Shown in pieces: positions 51,182 to 61,797 of a stretch of DNA of 64,000 nt (position 1 is the stretch's first letter; each line of letters begins with the position of its first letter). Position numbers and translations under genes: made by a program. Origin of the DNA: an uncultured bacterium (GTDB lineage Bacteria > Oederibacteriota > PGYV01 > CAWJRG01); contig CAWJRG010000005.1 of NCBI GenBank assembly GCA_963845185.1, forward strand, positions 64,001 to 128,000, in the 5' to 3' direction. Below the pieces are notes generated by a model, which saw nothing but the letters and a program-made list of their open reading frames with translations, was not told the origin of the DNA and did no database searches.

Positions 51182-52468
51182 TTATTTCTTGAAATACTGT
51201 TCGTTTATGTTTGGTACCATTTCTTTTATTACTTTTTCGGCTGTTTCCTTGCCGTTCCATATTTTATCGTAGCTTGGAGCGATCGTGCCAACGTTTATTT
51301 CCTCCCACTCAGACATCAACGGCACGAATACCACGTATTTTACTCCCGCCAAAACTATATCCTTATGTTTTGGGGGCTGGTTATCCAGAAAATATTTTGA
51401 TTTCGCTACGTCCATCATTGCCGGCTGGGCAAGGCCTGTCTGTGCAAGCTTTTCTTGACCTTCTTTTCCCGCGAGGTATGTTATGAGCTTCCATGCCGCT
51501 TTTTTATTCCTTGATTGCTTTGTAACAGCATAGCCTGAACCGCCTGTTGGGAAAGCTCTTTTTCCTTTCGGCCCTTTTGGAAACATGACCACATCCCATT
51601 TAAAATTCTTGATTTCCCTGAACGTAGGCGTCTTCCATATACCTGAAAAAAACATCGCTACTTTTCCAGAGGTAAACATATCTGCCGTACCCATTCCGCC
51701 CATGGAAGTCAACTGCGACGGAGATGGGCATACGTTGTATTTATTTGCCAAGTCTGCCCTGAATTGCACAGCTTCAATGGTTTCCCTCGAATCAAGCACA
51801 CATTTTGTTGGCTTTTTTACATTATCAACCATTGCACCACCGTTAGAATACATAAACGCTTCCCATATCGGCCAGTCATCCACAAATCCAAACTGTGTTA
51901 CCCTGCCGTTCGCATCCTTTTTGGTAAGTTTCTTAGCTATCTTTAAGAATCCATTCCAGTCCCAATCATCCTTTGGATATTTGACGCCTGCCTTATCGAA
52001 CATTTTTTTGTTGTAATACATAACACATATGGGCGCTATATCCCTAGGCAGGACATACAATTTACCGTCAATGGTAAACCTGTCTATAATCTCGGGATAA
52101 AAATCTTTCATTTTTAACTCTGTATCCTGTGCTATATAAGGTGCTAGGTCTTCAAGTACTCCTTTTTCGGCAAATGTCTTGAAGTTGTTTACTTCAACAA
52201 AAAGCACGTCAGGTGCGCTCCCGCCAGCCATCTGGGTTAATACCTTCTCCATGTAAGGAGGCCCACTCGGTGCTCTTTCAGCGCTCACAGTAATACCCGT
52301 GTCTTTTTCGAATTTCTCAACCATTTCGGTGATTATTTTTATTTCCTGTACGTCTCCCCAGTACATAAGCCTTAATTTTTTGGGTGCCACGTTTGAGCAT
52401 CCGTTAAACATGATGATTGAAGCAATTATTCCTGCAACTGCCAAAAAAATTACCAAAAACTTTTTCAT
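51182..52468 (-). CDS. Sugar ABC transporter substrate-binding lipoprotein
   Basis: Lipobox FNGC; APDVL, YYNKKMFDKAGV, FTSGKVAM. Confidence 0.9.
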   Translation of the reverse strand: MKKFLVIFLAVAGIIASIIMFNGCSNVAPKKLRLMYWGDVQEIKIITEMVEKFEKDTGITVSAERAPSGPPYMEKVLTQMAGGSAPDVLFVEVNNFKTFAEKGVLEDLAPYIAQDTELKMKDFYPEIIDRFTIDGKLYVLPRDIAPICVMYYNKKMFDKAGVKYPKDDWDWNGFLKIAKKLTKKDANGRVTQFGFVDDWPIWEAFMYSNGGAMVDNVKKPTKCVLDSRETIEAVQFRADLANKYNVCPSPSQLTSMGGMGTADMFTSGKVAMFFSGIWKTPTFREIKNFKWDVVMFPKGPKGKRAFPTGGSGYAVTKQSRNKKAAWKLITYLAGKEGQEKLAQTGLAQPAMMDVAKSKYFLDNQPPKHKDIVLAGVKYVVFVPLMSEWEEINVGTIAPSYDKIWNGKETAEKVIKEMVPNINEQYFKK

Positions 52469-52620
52469 ATTAAACCTCCTGGCATGATAAAATTTGAAAA
52501 CAAAATTATTTTACTATTTTATTAATAAAAGTCAATAATTATTTCCTGTTTTTAGTTTCTGGCTTTAATTCTTTAATTTCTTCTTTTACTAAAAAAACTG
52601 GAAACCAAAGAAAAAAATCA

Positions 52621-53913
52621 TTATTTATTAAAATACGCCCTATTAATATCTGGGCAAACCGCTTTTAAAGCCTTTTCCGCCGGCTCGCTTCCGTTCCACA
52701 CCCTGTCAAGGGCAGGCGCGATAAACCTTATATTTATTTCTTCCCACTCAGACATTAAAGGCGCGAATTTTATATAATTTACGCCTTCAAGCACTATCTT
52801 TTTATTTAACGGCTTTTCATTGTTTAAGAAGGCTTTTGATTCAGCAAGTTTGATAATTGCCGGCTGCAACAAACCTATATTTGCCAGATCTACCTGACCT
52901 TTTTCACCGGACAGCCTTTTCACCACTTGCCAGGCAGCTTCTTTGTTTTTACACTGGCTTGTTATTGCATAGCCTGAGCCTCCTGTCGTAAACGATCTTT
53001 TGCCTTTTGGCCCTTTGGGGAACATCACAACATCCCAGTCAAATTTTGTGATTTCCCTGAAAAATGGGGATTTCCATATGCCAGAATAAAACATAGCCAC
53101 TTTTTCAGCCATAAACATGGACGAAGTGTCATAACTTCCTTCAACAACCACCTGGGAAGGCTCCGGCATTACATGATATTTATTTATCATATCTGCCCTA
53201 AACTGTACAGCCTCTATATCTTCAGGTGAATCAATTACGCATTTTTTCGGATGCTTTACATCGTCTACAAGTGAGCCGCCGTTTGAATACGCCCATGATT
53301 CCCAAATCGGCCACTCGTCAAGAAATCCGAATTGTATTATCCTGCCTTTTGAATCTTTTTTTGTAAGTTTCTTTGCTGTCTCAAGAAATTCTTTCCATGT
53401 CCAGTTATTCTTTGGATAAGGCACATGTGCCTCGTCAAACATCCTCTTGTTATAATAAATTACGCAAATAGGAGCTATGTCCCTTGGTATCACGTATAAT
53501 TTCCCGTTAAGCGTGAACCTGTCAATAATCTGCGGGTAATAATCGTTTATATTAAAATCCTTGTTTTTATCCTTCTCTATGTAAGGTTTTAAGTCTATAA
53601 GCAGTCCTCTGTCAACAAATTCCTTGAAATTGCCAACTTCAACAAACAAAACATCAGGAGCATAGCCCGCCGCGGCCTGTGTAATTACTTTTTCCATATA
53701 AGGGTTACCGCTCGGTGCCCTTTCCTGCACCACTTCAATGCCTTTTTCTTTTTTGATATCTCCTATGATTTCATTAACAAGCTTGATTTCCGGTACGCCA
53801 CCCCAGTGCATCAAGCGTATTTTCCCAGCTTTTTTATCTTTTGCGCATGCAAAAGTCAGCAAAATGCATGTAAAAAGAGCCATTAAAATAAAAATCCATT
53901 TTGTTTTTTTCAT
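52621..53913 (-). CDS. Sugar ABC transporter substrate-binding lipoprotein (tandem paralog)
   Basis: Lipobox-like TFAC; strongly similar to 51182-52468. Confidence 0.9.
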   Translation of the reverse strand: MKKTKWIFILMALFTCILLTFACAKDKKAGKIRLMHWGGVPEIKLVNEIIGDIKKEKGIEVVQERAPSGNPYMEKVITQAAAGYAPDVLFVEVGNFKEFVDRGLLIDLKPYIEKDKNKDFNINDYYPQIIDRFTLNGKLYVIPRDIAPICVIYYNKRMFDEAHVPYPKNNWTWKEFLETAKKLTKKDSKGRIIQFGFLDEWPIWESWAYSNGGSLVDDVKHPKKCVIDSPEDIEAVQFRADMINKYHVMPEPSQVVVEGSYDTSSMFMAEKVAMFYSGIWKSPFFREITKFDWDVVMFPKGPKGKRSFTTGGSGYAITSQCKNKEAAWQVVKRLSGEKGQVDLANIGLLQPAIIKLAESKAFLNNEKPLNKKIVLEGVNYIKFAPLMSEWEEINIRFIAPALDRVWNGSEPAEKALKAVCPDINRAYFNK

Positions 53914-53943
53914 AATTTTCCTCCATTTATATTTATATAAAAT

Positions 53944-54993
53944 CTAACTCTTTACATTCTTTCCCGCAAGCTGCCCGCAGGCAGCAAGTATATCAGCGCC
54001 TTTTTCTTTGCGGATAAAGGACTTTACGCCTGCTGTTGTCAATACCTTTTGAAACGCAAAAACTTTTTCTTTATCCGGTTTTTCCATTTTCTTTAATTGT
54101 GACGTTCCACAAAACGTGCCTGCGTCATTATAAGGGATCAGGTTAATTTTATAATCAATGCCGTTCAGAAGTTTAACCAACTCCTGAGCATTGTGTGAAG
54201 AATCATTTAACCCTTTAAATAAAACATATTCGTAAGTTATTTGTTCCCCCGTTTTTTCGTTATAATACTTGCTTGCCTTTACAATCTCTACTATTGGATA
54301 TTTCTTGTTTAAAGGTATTAGTTTTGACCTTAATTCATTATCAAATGTTATCAAAGACACAGCCAAACCAAACTTATAATCATTGTCTGCAATTTCCTTT
54401 ATTACAGGCACAATGCCTGTCGAGGAAACAGTAATTCTAGTTTGGGAATAATTATATCCTTTTTTATCGGACAATATCAATATAGCTTTCTTGACATTTT
54501 CCCAGTTAAGAAGCGGCTCGCCCATTCCCATAAAAACAATACTGTCAATTTTACCCGCCTCTTTCTTTGCAATCATGAATTGGCTGATGATCTCCCCGCA
54601 TGTCAGGTCTCGTTTAAAACCTATTTGCCCGGTAGCGCAAAACACGCATCCGCATCCACAGCCCGCCTGGGATGAAATGCATAGCGACGTCCTTTCTTTA
54701 TCATACATTATCACGCTCTCGATTTTATTGCCATCCTCAAGACCAAACAAAAACTTTGTTGTTTTGTCGATTTTTGATATTTGTTTATCCAGTATTTTAA
54801 AAGCGCCCAGACAATATTTCTTTTTTAATTTTTCTTTAAACAGCTGCGGTAAATTTTTCATTTCATCAATACTGCTCACTTCTTTGCAGTACAGCCAATC
54901 AAAAATTTGGTCTGCGCGGAATATCTGTTCTTCCAGAATTTTAACTATATTTTTTAATTCATCTCTTGTAAAATCTCTCAAATCTTTGGTCAT
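53944..54993 (-). CDS. rlmN: 23S rRNA A2503/tRNA A37 C2-methyltransferase (radical SAM)
   Basis: CISSQAGCGCGCVFCATG, VFMGMGEPL, NLIPYN, AACGQL. Confidence 0.93.
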   Translation of the reverse strand: MTKDLRDFTRDELKNIVKILEEQIFRADQIFDWLYCKEVSSIDEMKNLPQLFKEKLKKKYCLGAFKILDKQISKIDKTTKFLFGLEDGNKIESVIMYDKERTSLCISSQAGCGCGCVFCATGQIGFKRDLTCGEIISQFMIAKKEAGKIDSIVFMGMGEPLLNWENVKKAILILSDKKGYNYSQTRITVSSTGIVPVIKEIADNDYKFGLAVSLITFDNELRSKLIPLNKKYPIVEIVKASKYYNEKTGEQITYEYVLFKGLNDSSHNAQELVKLLNGIDYKINLIPYNDAGTFCGTSQLKKMEKPDKEKVFAFQKVLTTAGVKSFIRKEKGADILAACGQLAGKNVKS

Positions 54994-55099
54994 TATTTTA
55001 TTACCTCATATTTAATGATTTACAAATCTTGGTGCTTGGCTATAATTATAACATAAAAAATTTTTATATGTCGTTTATGAAATATAAAAGGAGCAAACC

Positions 55100-56989
55100 T
55101 TGCAATTAGAAGACACCTATGATGTTATTGTAATTGGCGCCGGGCATGCAGGCGTCGAAGCTGCGCTTGCAGCTTCACGCATGGCTGCAAAAACCGCGCT
55201 TTTTACAATAAACACCGATAAAATCGCCGAGATGTCATGCAACCCTGCAATAGGCGGGCTTGCAAAGGGCCAACTTGTTCGGGAAATCGACGCCTTGGGC
55301 GGTGAAATGGCAAAAGCAGCAGATAAGACCTGTATTCAGTTCAAGTTATTAAATTCAAAAAAAGGCCCTGCTGTCAGGGCTTTACGCGCTCAGGCTGATA
55401 AAAAAGAATATCGGCTTTATATGAAAAGAACTTGTGAAAACCAAAAAAACCTTTCTTTGATACAGGCAATGGTTGAGTCAATAACTACTGACGACAAAGG
55501 AATAACGGGCATTATTACAAGCAATAATAAAATTTTCAGGGCAAAAGCAGTGATAGTAACGACAGGCACTTTTCTAAACGGCCTTATCCATATCGGGCTC
55601 GAATCATCTCCCGGCGGCAGACGTGATGACCCTCCAAGCATCAAACTATCTGAATCCCTGCACGCACTTGGCCTTTCTCTTGGCCGGTTAAAAACGGGTA
55701 CAAACCCAAGGGTTGACAAAAAATCACTCGATTTTTCAAAGTTCATCCCACAGCCAGGTGATAAAGATCCTATTCCTTTTTCATTTTCAACAGACAAGCT
55801 TGTCCTAGACCAGGTGCTCTGCCACTTGGTCAATACAAACGAAAAAACAAACAAGGTTATCGAGGACAATCTCGACCGCTCCCCCTTGTACAGCAAAACA
55901 AAAAGAAAAATTGTCGGCATAGGCCCGAGATACTGCCCTTCCATAGAAGACAAAGTAGTCAAATTTCCTGAAAAAAAATCACACCAGGTATTTATCGAGC
56001 CCGAAGAAAGATATTCGGATGAATTATATTTAAACGGACTTTCTACGTCTCTGCCTCTTGATGCGCAGTATGCCTACCTAAAAACAATTACGGGTTTTGA
56101 AAACGTTGTGATTCTTAAAGCTGGTTACGGTATTGAATACGACTTCGTTCCTCCCACCCAAATAAATAGTTCTCTTGAAGTTAAGATAATCCCGCGCTTG
56201 TTCCTGGCTGGCCAGATTAACGGCACGTCAGGTTACGAAGAAGCTGCAGCACAGGGGCTTGTTGCGGGAATAAATGCCGTGCTCGTAATACAGGAATCAC
56301 CGCCTTTTATTCTAAACAGATCAGAAAGCTATATTGGGGTCATGATTGACGACCTTGTCACAAAAGGCATTGAAGAACCCTATCGCCTGTTTTCTTCAAG
56401 GGCAGAATTCAGGCTGGTATTAAGAAACGACAACGCCGATATTCGTCTCATGGATTACGGCAGAAAATTCGGTTTAATTGACGACAAAACTTATGATAGG
56501 TTCATGTTTAAAAAACATTTCTATGAAAATGAATACAGACTACTTGAAAAAACATACCTAAGACCCGGACCCGAAACAGAGCATATATTCAAGCAACTTA
56601 ATTCACCCCCGCCTGAAGAAGCAGTAACTCTATTGCATATATTGAAAAGGCCGGAAATAAATTACGAAGATTTAAAAAATTTTATTGATATCCCTGACAA
56701 TGTACCGAAGGATTGTGTTGAATATTTACAAACTCAGATAAAATATGAAGGTTATATTAAAAAAGACCTTGAAAAAATCGAACAGTTTAAAAAGCTAGAA
56801 AAAAAGGTAATCCCTGAAGGTATTGATTATATAAAATACAAAGGATTATCAGCGGAAGCTAGGCAAAAACTCTCAAAATTAAAACCAAAAACCCTAGGCC
56901 AGGCTACAAGGATTCAAGGTGTAACGCCTGCAGATATAAATGTATTATTGGTATTGATTAAAAAAGATAATAAAGAGACTGGCCTTTAA
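55100..56989 (+). CDS. mnmG: tRNA uridine 5-carboxymethylaminomethyl modification enzyme
   Basis: GAGHAGVEAA, MSCNPAIGG, GPRYCPSIEDK, AGQINGTSGYEEAAAQG. Confidence 0.98.
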   Translation: MQLEDTYDVIVIGAGHAGVEAALAASRMAAKTALFTINTDKIAEMSCNPAIGGLAKGQLVREIDALGGEMAKAADKTCIQFKLLNSKKGPAVRALRAQADKKEYRLYMKRTCENQKNLSLIQAMVESITTDDKGITGIITSNNKIFRAKAVIVTTGTFLNGLIHIGLESSPGGRRDDPPSIKLSESLHALGLSLGRLKTGTNPRVDKKSLDFSKFIPQPGDKDPIPFSFSTDKLVLDQVLCHLVNTNEKTNKVIEDNLDRSPLYSKTKRKIVGIGPRYCPSIEDKVVKFPEKKSHQVFIEPEERYSDELYLNGLSTSLPLDAQYAYLKTITGFENVVILKAGYGIEYDFVPPTQINSSLEVKIIPRLFLAGQINGTSGYEEAAAQGLVAGINAVLVIQESPPFILNRSESYIGVMIDDLVTKGIEEPYRLFSSRAEFRLVLRNDNADIRLMDYGRKFGLIDDKTYDRFMFKKHFYENEYRLLEKTYLRPGPETEHIFKQLNSPPPEEAVTLLHILKRPEINYEDLKNFIDIPDNVPKDCVEYLQTQIKYEGYIKKDLEKIEQFKKLEKKVIPEGIDYIKYKGLSAEARQKLSKLKPKTLGQATRIQGVTPADINVLLVLIKKDNKETGL

Positions 56990-57013
56990 TCAACTAAAAT
57001 CTGCTGTATTTTC

Positions 57014-57433
57014 TCATTCGCCAAGTATTTGCAATATCAGTGTCCTATTGCGCGGATGCGTGTCAAAATCAATAAAAATTATCTGCTGCCATGTACCAAG
57101 GGTAAGCTTGCCGTCATTTACAGGAATTGTTATTGATGGCCCTATTAACGATGCCCTTACATGTGATGCACCATTTGCATCACCCCACGTTGCGTTATGT
57201 TCATAATGCGCCTTATAAGGAGCAATTTTTTCAAGCACAGCCGGAAAATCCTTTATCAATCCAGATTCATATTCTACGGTTGTCATCCCACCTGTAGAGC
57301 CCGGCACAAAAACCGTAACTATACCGTTTTTAACGGCATTCTTTTCAATTGCCGACTGTACCTCGTTGGTAATATTTATTATGTCTGTATAACCTTTGGT
57401 GCTGCATGTTATATTTTCTGTTTTGATTTTCAT
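57014..57433 (-). CDS. yjbQ: UPF0047/YjbQ-family protein
   Basis: NGASHVRASL, LGTWQQIIFIDFD. Confidence 0.88.
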   Translation of the reverse strand: MKIKTENITCSTKGYTDIINITNEVQSAIEKNAVKNGIVTVFVPGSTGGMTTVEYESGLIKDFPAVLEKIAPYKAHYEHNATWGDANGASHVRASLIGPSITIPVNDGKLTLGTWQQIIFIDFDTHPRNRTLILQILGE

Positions 57434-57508
57434 ATTTCACCTCAATATTCTTTAAGATTTAAAACCTTAAATTATAAGCCAAAGTTAATAATCCGTGAAA
57501 TTTCTGAT

Positions 57509-57537
57509 ATTCTAAAAGATATATATTCGCTTGTCAA
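57509..57537 (-). promoter_or_regulatory. Sigma70 promoter for yjbQ
   Basis: TTGACA-N17-TAGAAT on the minus strand. Confidence 0.65.
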
Positions 57538-57545
57538 CAATGGTG

Positions 57546-57573
57546 TTGACACTAATTAATGCTATGCTATAAT
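57546..57573 (+). promoter_or_regulatory. Strong sigma70 promoter for the tRNA operon
   Basis: TTGACA-N16-TATAAT with extended TGn. Confidence 0.8.
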
Positions 57574-57594
57574 ACCCCACTGTTAAACGTGGAC

Positions 57595-57684
57595 GCCGGG
57601 GTGGCGAAATGGCAGACGCAGCGGACTTAAAATCCGCGGGACCTTACCCGTCCATGTCGGTTTCGAGTCCGACCCTCGGCACCA
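57595..57684 (+). tRNA. tRNA-Leu(TAA)
   Basis: GCCGGGG/CCTCGGC acceptor stem, GCGGA-CTTAAAA-TCCGC anticodon arm, long variable arm, encoded CCA. Confidence 0.95.
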
Positions 57685-57766
57685 GCAGATCCGAGGATTG
57701 GCATAAAATCCCTAATAGAAAACATAACAGGTAATAATTTTCATATTTTAATTTACCATAAAACGC

Positions 57767-57841
<75 letters not shown>

Positions 57842-57844
57842 AAC

Positions 57845-57887
57845 AAAAAAGCCAGACAAATTTTTAATTGCCTGGCTTTTTTGTTTT
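57845..57887. terminator. Bidirectional intrinsic terminator between the tRNAs and the ftsB-like gene
   Basis: aaaaaagccag-acaa...ttg-cctggcttttttg hairpin with A and T tails. Confidence 0.75.
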
Positions 57888-57921
57888 CTGGACTTATATA
57901 TTCAATCTTACAACACTAAAT

Positions 57922-58242
57922 CTATTTGTCCTTGTCCTCAGATATTATATAAACTGTTTCTCCATCTTTCACGAGTCCCAGCTGTTCGCGCGCGACTTTT
58001 TCAATATATTCTTCATCACCGTAAATCTTTTGAATGCGCTCTTCTATTTTTTTATTATTTTCTTTCATTGCCTCGTTTTCTTCCTTCAATCTGTCTCTGT
58101 AAGCTTTCATGCTTGCAAAACTTATAATACTTTTAATAAAAAATGCTGCCAAAATAACAGTAAATATTACAATAAATATATTTTTACCGTTCTTTAAAGA
58201 TATCCTTTTTGAACGCCATCTTCTGATCATCTTTGGTCCCAC
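57922..58242 (-). CDS. Septum formation initiator (FtsB/DivIC family)
   Basis: TM helix + coiled coil + YIEKVAREQLGLVKDGE. Confidence 0.85.
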   Translation of the reverse strand: MGPKMIRRWRSKRISLKNGKNIFIVIFTVILAAFFIKSIISFASMKAYRDRLKEENEAMKENNKKIEERIQKIYGDEEYIEKVAREQLGLVKDGETVYIISEDKDK

Positions 58243-58994
58243 GGTTTAAATATGCTTATCAAATCTCTCTGCTCCCACATTTCTTTTAATGACGGCATTA
58301 TATTATGTTTTTCATAAATAAGCATAGCACAATTTATTTGTAAAAATAAAATAAAACAATAACTTAGAAGCGGCAAACCAAAAATCGGGAGAAGCGCTAC
58401 CAATGCTACTCCTTTTATATTAAAAGTAAAAAAATAAATAAATCCATTGAGATAAGCTATTAATATAACTGCCGTTATCGTTGAAAAAGGTGCGCCGATT
58501 ATCATGAGTAAAGCTTTTTTATAGGATATGAACAGCCTTCTTTTATCATCAAGCACCATTATAGGAATAATATATAGTTGCATAAGCAGGAACATCAAAA
58601 TTACCCAAAGTCCTATACCACCGATGATAATACCGAAGCCTTTTATATTTTTATAAAATTCAACAGCTTGGAATACTATAATTGTAACTATAAGGTTTAG
58701 CGTAAATATAACCGCTCCTTTTAAAGCGTAGTATTTTAAACCGGTTAAAACATCCCTGAATATTTGACTTTCTTCCCTTTTTATCAGCTTTACAAAATAA
58801 AACATATAGGCAGGCGAAAGAATATGCCATATAAAAAGCATTATGCCGGCCGAGAAATACATATTTGTTTTTATTTTATAGCTTATGAGAAAAACCACTA
58901 ATAAGAAAACGAACAAGATAAAATTAAGGAACATGCCTTTGAAAAGATTGTCGTAGAATACCCAGAAAGCCCTTTTTAATGCCCTGATTATCAT
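58227..58994 (-). CDS. Integral membrane protein (DUF624/YesL-like)
   Basis: About 6 TM segments; RAFWVFYDNL start and YKKALLM pattern. Confidence 0.55.
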   Translation of the reverse strand: MIIRALKRAFWVFYDNLFKGMFLNFILFVFLLVVFLISYKIKTNMYFSAGIMLFIWHILSPAYMFYFVKLIKREESQIFRDVLTGLKYYALKGAVIFTLNLIVTIIVFQAVEFYKNIKGFGIIIGGIGLWVILMFLLMQLYIIPIMVLDDKRRLFISYKKALLMIIGAPFSTITAVILIAYLNGFIYFFTFNIKGVALVALLPIFGLPLLSYCFILFLQINCAMLIYEKHNIMPSLKEMWEQRDLISIFKPWDQR

Positions 58995-59001
58995 TTTTCC
59001 A

Positions 59002-59361
59002 TCAGGATAACATTTTTTCCAGTTCAGGAATAATTTTTTTTAATTCAAGCCTACCCCTGCCAAGATTCCCGTCAAGGCTTAATGCAAGGTTTACAAAATA
59101 ATTGTCCCCTACCATCATCATTATCATTGTAGCAACTTCGGTGGATATTAAAACTTCGTTTGTTTTACCTAAGCCAAAACTTTCAGAAGCCTTTTTTGAA
59201 TTTTTTATAATTGTAGAATACTCCGCACCCGCTGCCGTAATATCAAATGAAGATTTGACGGAAAACTGGTCAATAGCTATACCATCAATCCCGATTACTC
59301 CTGCTCCTATTGCTCCGTCAACATTATTTACAACTTTTTGCAAAACGCCTTTAAAATCCAT
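59002..59361 (-). CDS. Roadblock/LC7 protein (MglB/MglC-like)
   Basis: VDGAIGAGVIGIDGIAI, GNLGRGRLEL. Confidence 0.85.
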   Translation of the reverse strand: MDFKGVLQKVVNNVDGAIGAGVIGIDGIAIDQFSVKSSFDITAAGAEYSTIIKNSKKASESFGLGKTNEVLISTEVATMIMMMVGDNYFVNLALSLDGNLGRGRLELKKIIPELEKMLS

Positions 59362-59385
59362 TTATTAATTAGCCTCCTAGCTTAA

Positions 59386-60681
59386 TTATGCCGCAACCTT
59401 TTTTATCTTTTCAATAACGTCCTTTAATATAAGTCTCATTTTGCCAACATTAATATTCTCATCTCCAAGCATAAAAAGTACTCCTGCCCATATCTCGTTA
59501 AAAAGCAACTGTCCTTTTTGGGAAGCAATTACAACTTGATTGAGTTTCCCTTGTTTTGTATCCCTTACCATCTGTTCAGTTTTTTCAACAATTGTAGATA
59601 TTACCTGGCTCGCTTCATCTATATTTATGCTTTTAGGAAGCATATTTGCGACTAAAGATCCGTCCCTTGATATTAGCAGGCTACCTGTTAATCCGTCAAC
59701 ATTCTGGAGCTCTTTTAAAATTGCTTCTATATCTTTAACTTTCGCCGGTGCAAGCGAAATCTTTTTACTCGTTTCTGTCTTACTTGCTGCAGGTTTGATT
59801 TCCTTTTTTTCTTCCTTTTTTTCTTCTCTCTTTGGCTCCTGTTTTGTTTCCTTCTTCTTTTCCTCGGCTATTTCTACATCTTCATCTTCTACTGCATGCT
59901 TCATCACATCAAGTATATCTTCTGCTGTTATTTTATCCGAAACCGGTGCTTCACTGTTTTTTGCCGCTGCTGTTGCACCTTTGTCCCTTTCTTTTTCTTT
60001 ATACAGCTTTTTTTCTTGAAGGCTGTATACCTCACGAAGCCTTTGCTGCACAATAAGATTTTCGGAATCTCCATCTAAAATTTCTTTATATATTTCAACA
60101 GCTTTATCAAACTCCTCTTTTTTTGTATATAATTCCGCCGCTTTAAGACTTTTTGTTATGTCAATTTTAGGCTTTACGTCTTTAAGTGGCTCTTTTTTCG
60201 TTTCCGGCTTTTTTTCTTCTGCCTTTTTCGGCTGTGGTTGTGGATTCTGAACAACCTCCGGTTCCTGTTTAAAAGCAAGTGCTTCCTTTAATTTTTCCTG
60301 TGTATCAATGTCCTCCGGATTAAGCGACAGCACTCTCTGAAACTGATCTATGGCCTCGGCATACATTTTTTTTTTGAGATAAATATTGCCCAGCATAGAA
60401 TGAACCATTATATTATCAACATCTACTGCTTCAACTTTTTTCAGTTCTTCGCTTGCCTCATTCAACATATCTTTTTCAAGGTAAATCCTTCCTAAAACAA
60501 CCCTTGCAGAAGTATATGTCGGATGCTTTTCCAGGCCTTTTGTACAAACTTCAATTGCGTCATCAAGCATACCGCTTTTACGGTATGCGTCTGCTAGAGG
60601 CACGAAAATCAGCGATTCGGGGTTTTGAGATAATTTTTTCTTGAGTTCCTCTATTTCTGCCGTAACGGCATCACCTGCCAT
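59386..60681 (-). CDS. TPR + Roadblock/LC7 fusion protein
   Basis: FVPLADAYRKSG TPRs; C-terminal VDGLTGSLLISRDG..NVGKMRL; ATG at 60681 follows GGGGAGG. Confidence 0.82.
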   Translation of the reverse strand: MAGDAVTAEIEELKKKLSQNPESLIFVPLADAYRKSGMLDDAIEVCTKGLEKHPTYTSARVVLGRIYLEKDMLNEASEELKKVEAVDVDNIMVHSMLGNIYLKKKMYAEAIDQFQRVLSLNPEDIDTQEKLKEALAFKQEPEVVQNPQPQPKKAEEKKPETKKEPLKDVKPKIDITKSLKAAELYTKKEEFDKAVEIYKEILDGDSENLIVQQRLREVYSLQEKKLYKEKERDKGATAAAKNSEAPVSDKITAEDILDVMKHAVEDEDVEIAEEKKKETKQEPKREEKKEEKKEIKPAASKTETSKKISLAPAKVKDIEAILKELQNVDGLTGSLLISRDGSLVANMLPKSINIDEASQVISTIVEKTEQMVRDTKQGKLNQVVIASQKGQLLFNEIWAGVLFMLGDENINVGKMRLILKDVIEKIKKVAA

Positions 60682-60708
60682 ACAAAAAATCCTCCCCGTC
60701 AATCTCGG

Positions 60709-61797
60709 TTAATAAAATTGCCTCTGTAATACTTTATTTACTGACACAATTTTTATATTTTGTATAAAATTAACACACCCTATTTTCTTTGTCAAGATAA
60801 ATCTTATTTTGTCGTTTATAACCTTTTTATCACTAAATAATCTTTTTAAAATACTGGATTTTTTTATTTTTCTTAAAGGTTTAATTAAATTAAATGAATT
60901 AAACATTTGTATTTGCTCATAAAGAGTATTTTTGCTGCAAAAACCAATATCATAAGCAATATTTGCTGCAATTATCATGCCTATAGTTATGGCCTCACCG
61001 TGCTTATAATACTTATATCCGCCTGCCGCTTCTATCGCATGACCCACGGTATGCCCGTAATTCAATATTTCCCTGTAACCTTTCTTTTCTTTTTCATCTT
61101 TAGCAACAATTTTTGCCTTATTTTGTGCTGATCTTTTTACTATATAAAGCAGTTTTTTCTCATCTCTACCCATAATTTTATTTCTATTGTTTTTTAAATA
61201 ATCAAAAAATTTACTGTCCATTATTATGCCGTACTTTATTACCTCGGCTAACCCATTTTTCAACTCTTTCTCGGGCAGCGTCCTCAAAACCTCTATATCA
61301 ATAAGGATAAATACCGGTTGATAAAAAGCCCCGACAAGGTTTTTCCCGTATTTCAGGTCAAATCCGGTTTTACCGCCAATAGAGCTGTCAGCCTGGGCAA
61401 TTAATGAAGTAGGCACATGTACAAGGTTAATACCCCGCATATAAGTGGCAGCAACAAACCCTGCTATATCGCCCGTTACTCCTCCGCCAAGGCTTATTAT
61501 AGTTGACCATCTATCAAGCCTGGCATTCGCGCACGCATTGTAAATCTTATTTACCGTATCGATATTCTTATATTTTTCCCCATCTGGCATAAGGTACCTG
61601 GAATATTTAAAACCCTGCGCTTTCAAGCTAGTTTCAAGCGCACGTCCGTAATATTTGTATACTTTGCTGTTGCTTATCACAAAAACTTTATTCCCTTTTA
61701 CCTCAGGCCTTAGCAACGCCCCTATTTTTGAAATTATACCTAACCCGATATAAATATTATGAAACCTGCTTGGGGTTTTTACTTTGATAATATCCAA
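60709..61797 (-). CDS. aroB: 3-dehydroquinate synthase
   Basis: GGGVTGD, DSSIGGKTG, LNYGHTVGHAIE, HGEA. Confidence 0.96.
   Translation of the reverse strand: MDIIKVKTPSRFHNIYIGLGIISKIGALLRPEVKGNKVFVISNSKVYKYYGRALETSLKAQGFKYSRYLMPDGEKYKNIDTVNKIYNACANARLDRWSTIISLGGGVTGDIAGFVAATYMRGINLVHVPTSLIAQADSSIGGKTGFDLKYGKNLVGAFYQPVFILIDIEVLRTLPEKELKNGLAEVIKYGIIMDSKFFDYLKNNRNKIMGRDEKKLLYIVKRSAQNKAKIVAKDEKEKKGYREILNYGHTVGHAIEAAGGYKYYKHGEAITIGMIIAANIAYDIGFCSKNTLYEQIQMFNSFNLIKPLRKIKKSSILKRLFSDKKVINDKIRFILTKKIGCVNFIQNIKIVSVNKVLQRQFY

Noticed and set aside
54994..55099. Possible oriC at the strand switch next to mnmG
   Set aside because: Only about 100 bp with no DnaA boxes, and genes return to the minus strand after mnmG
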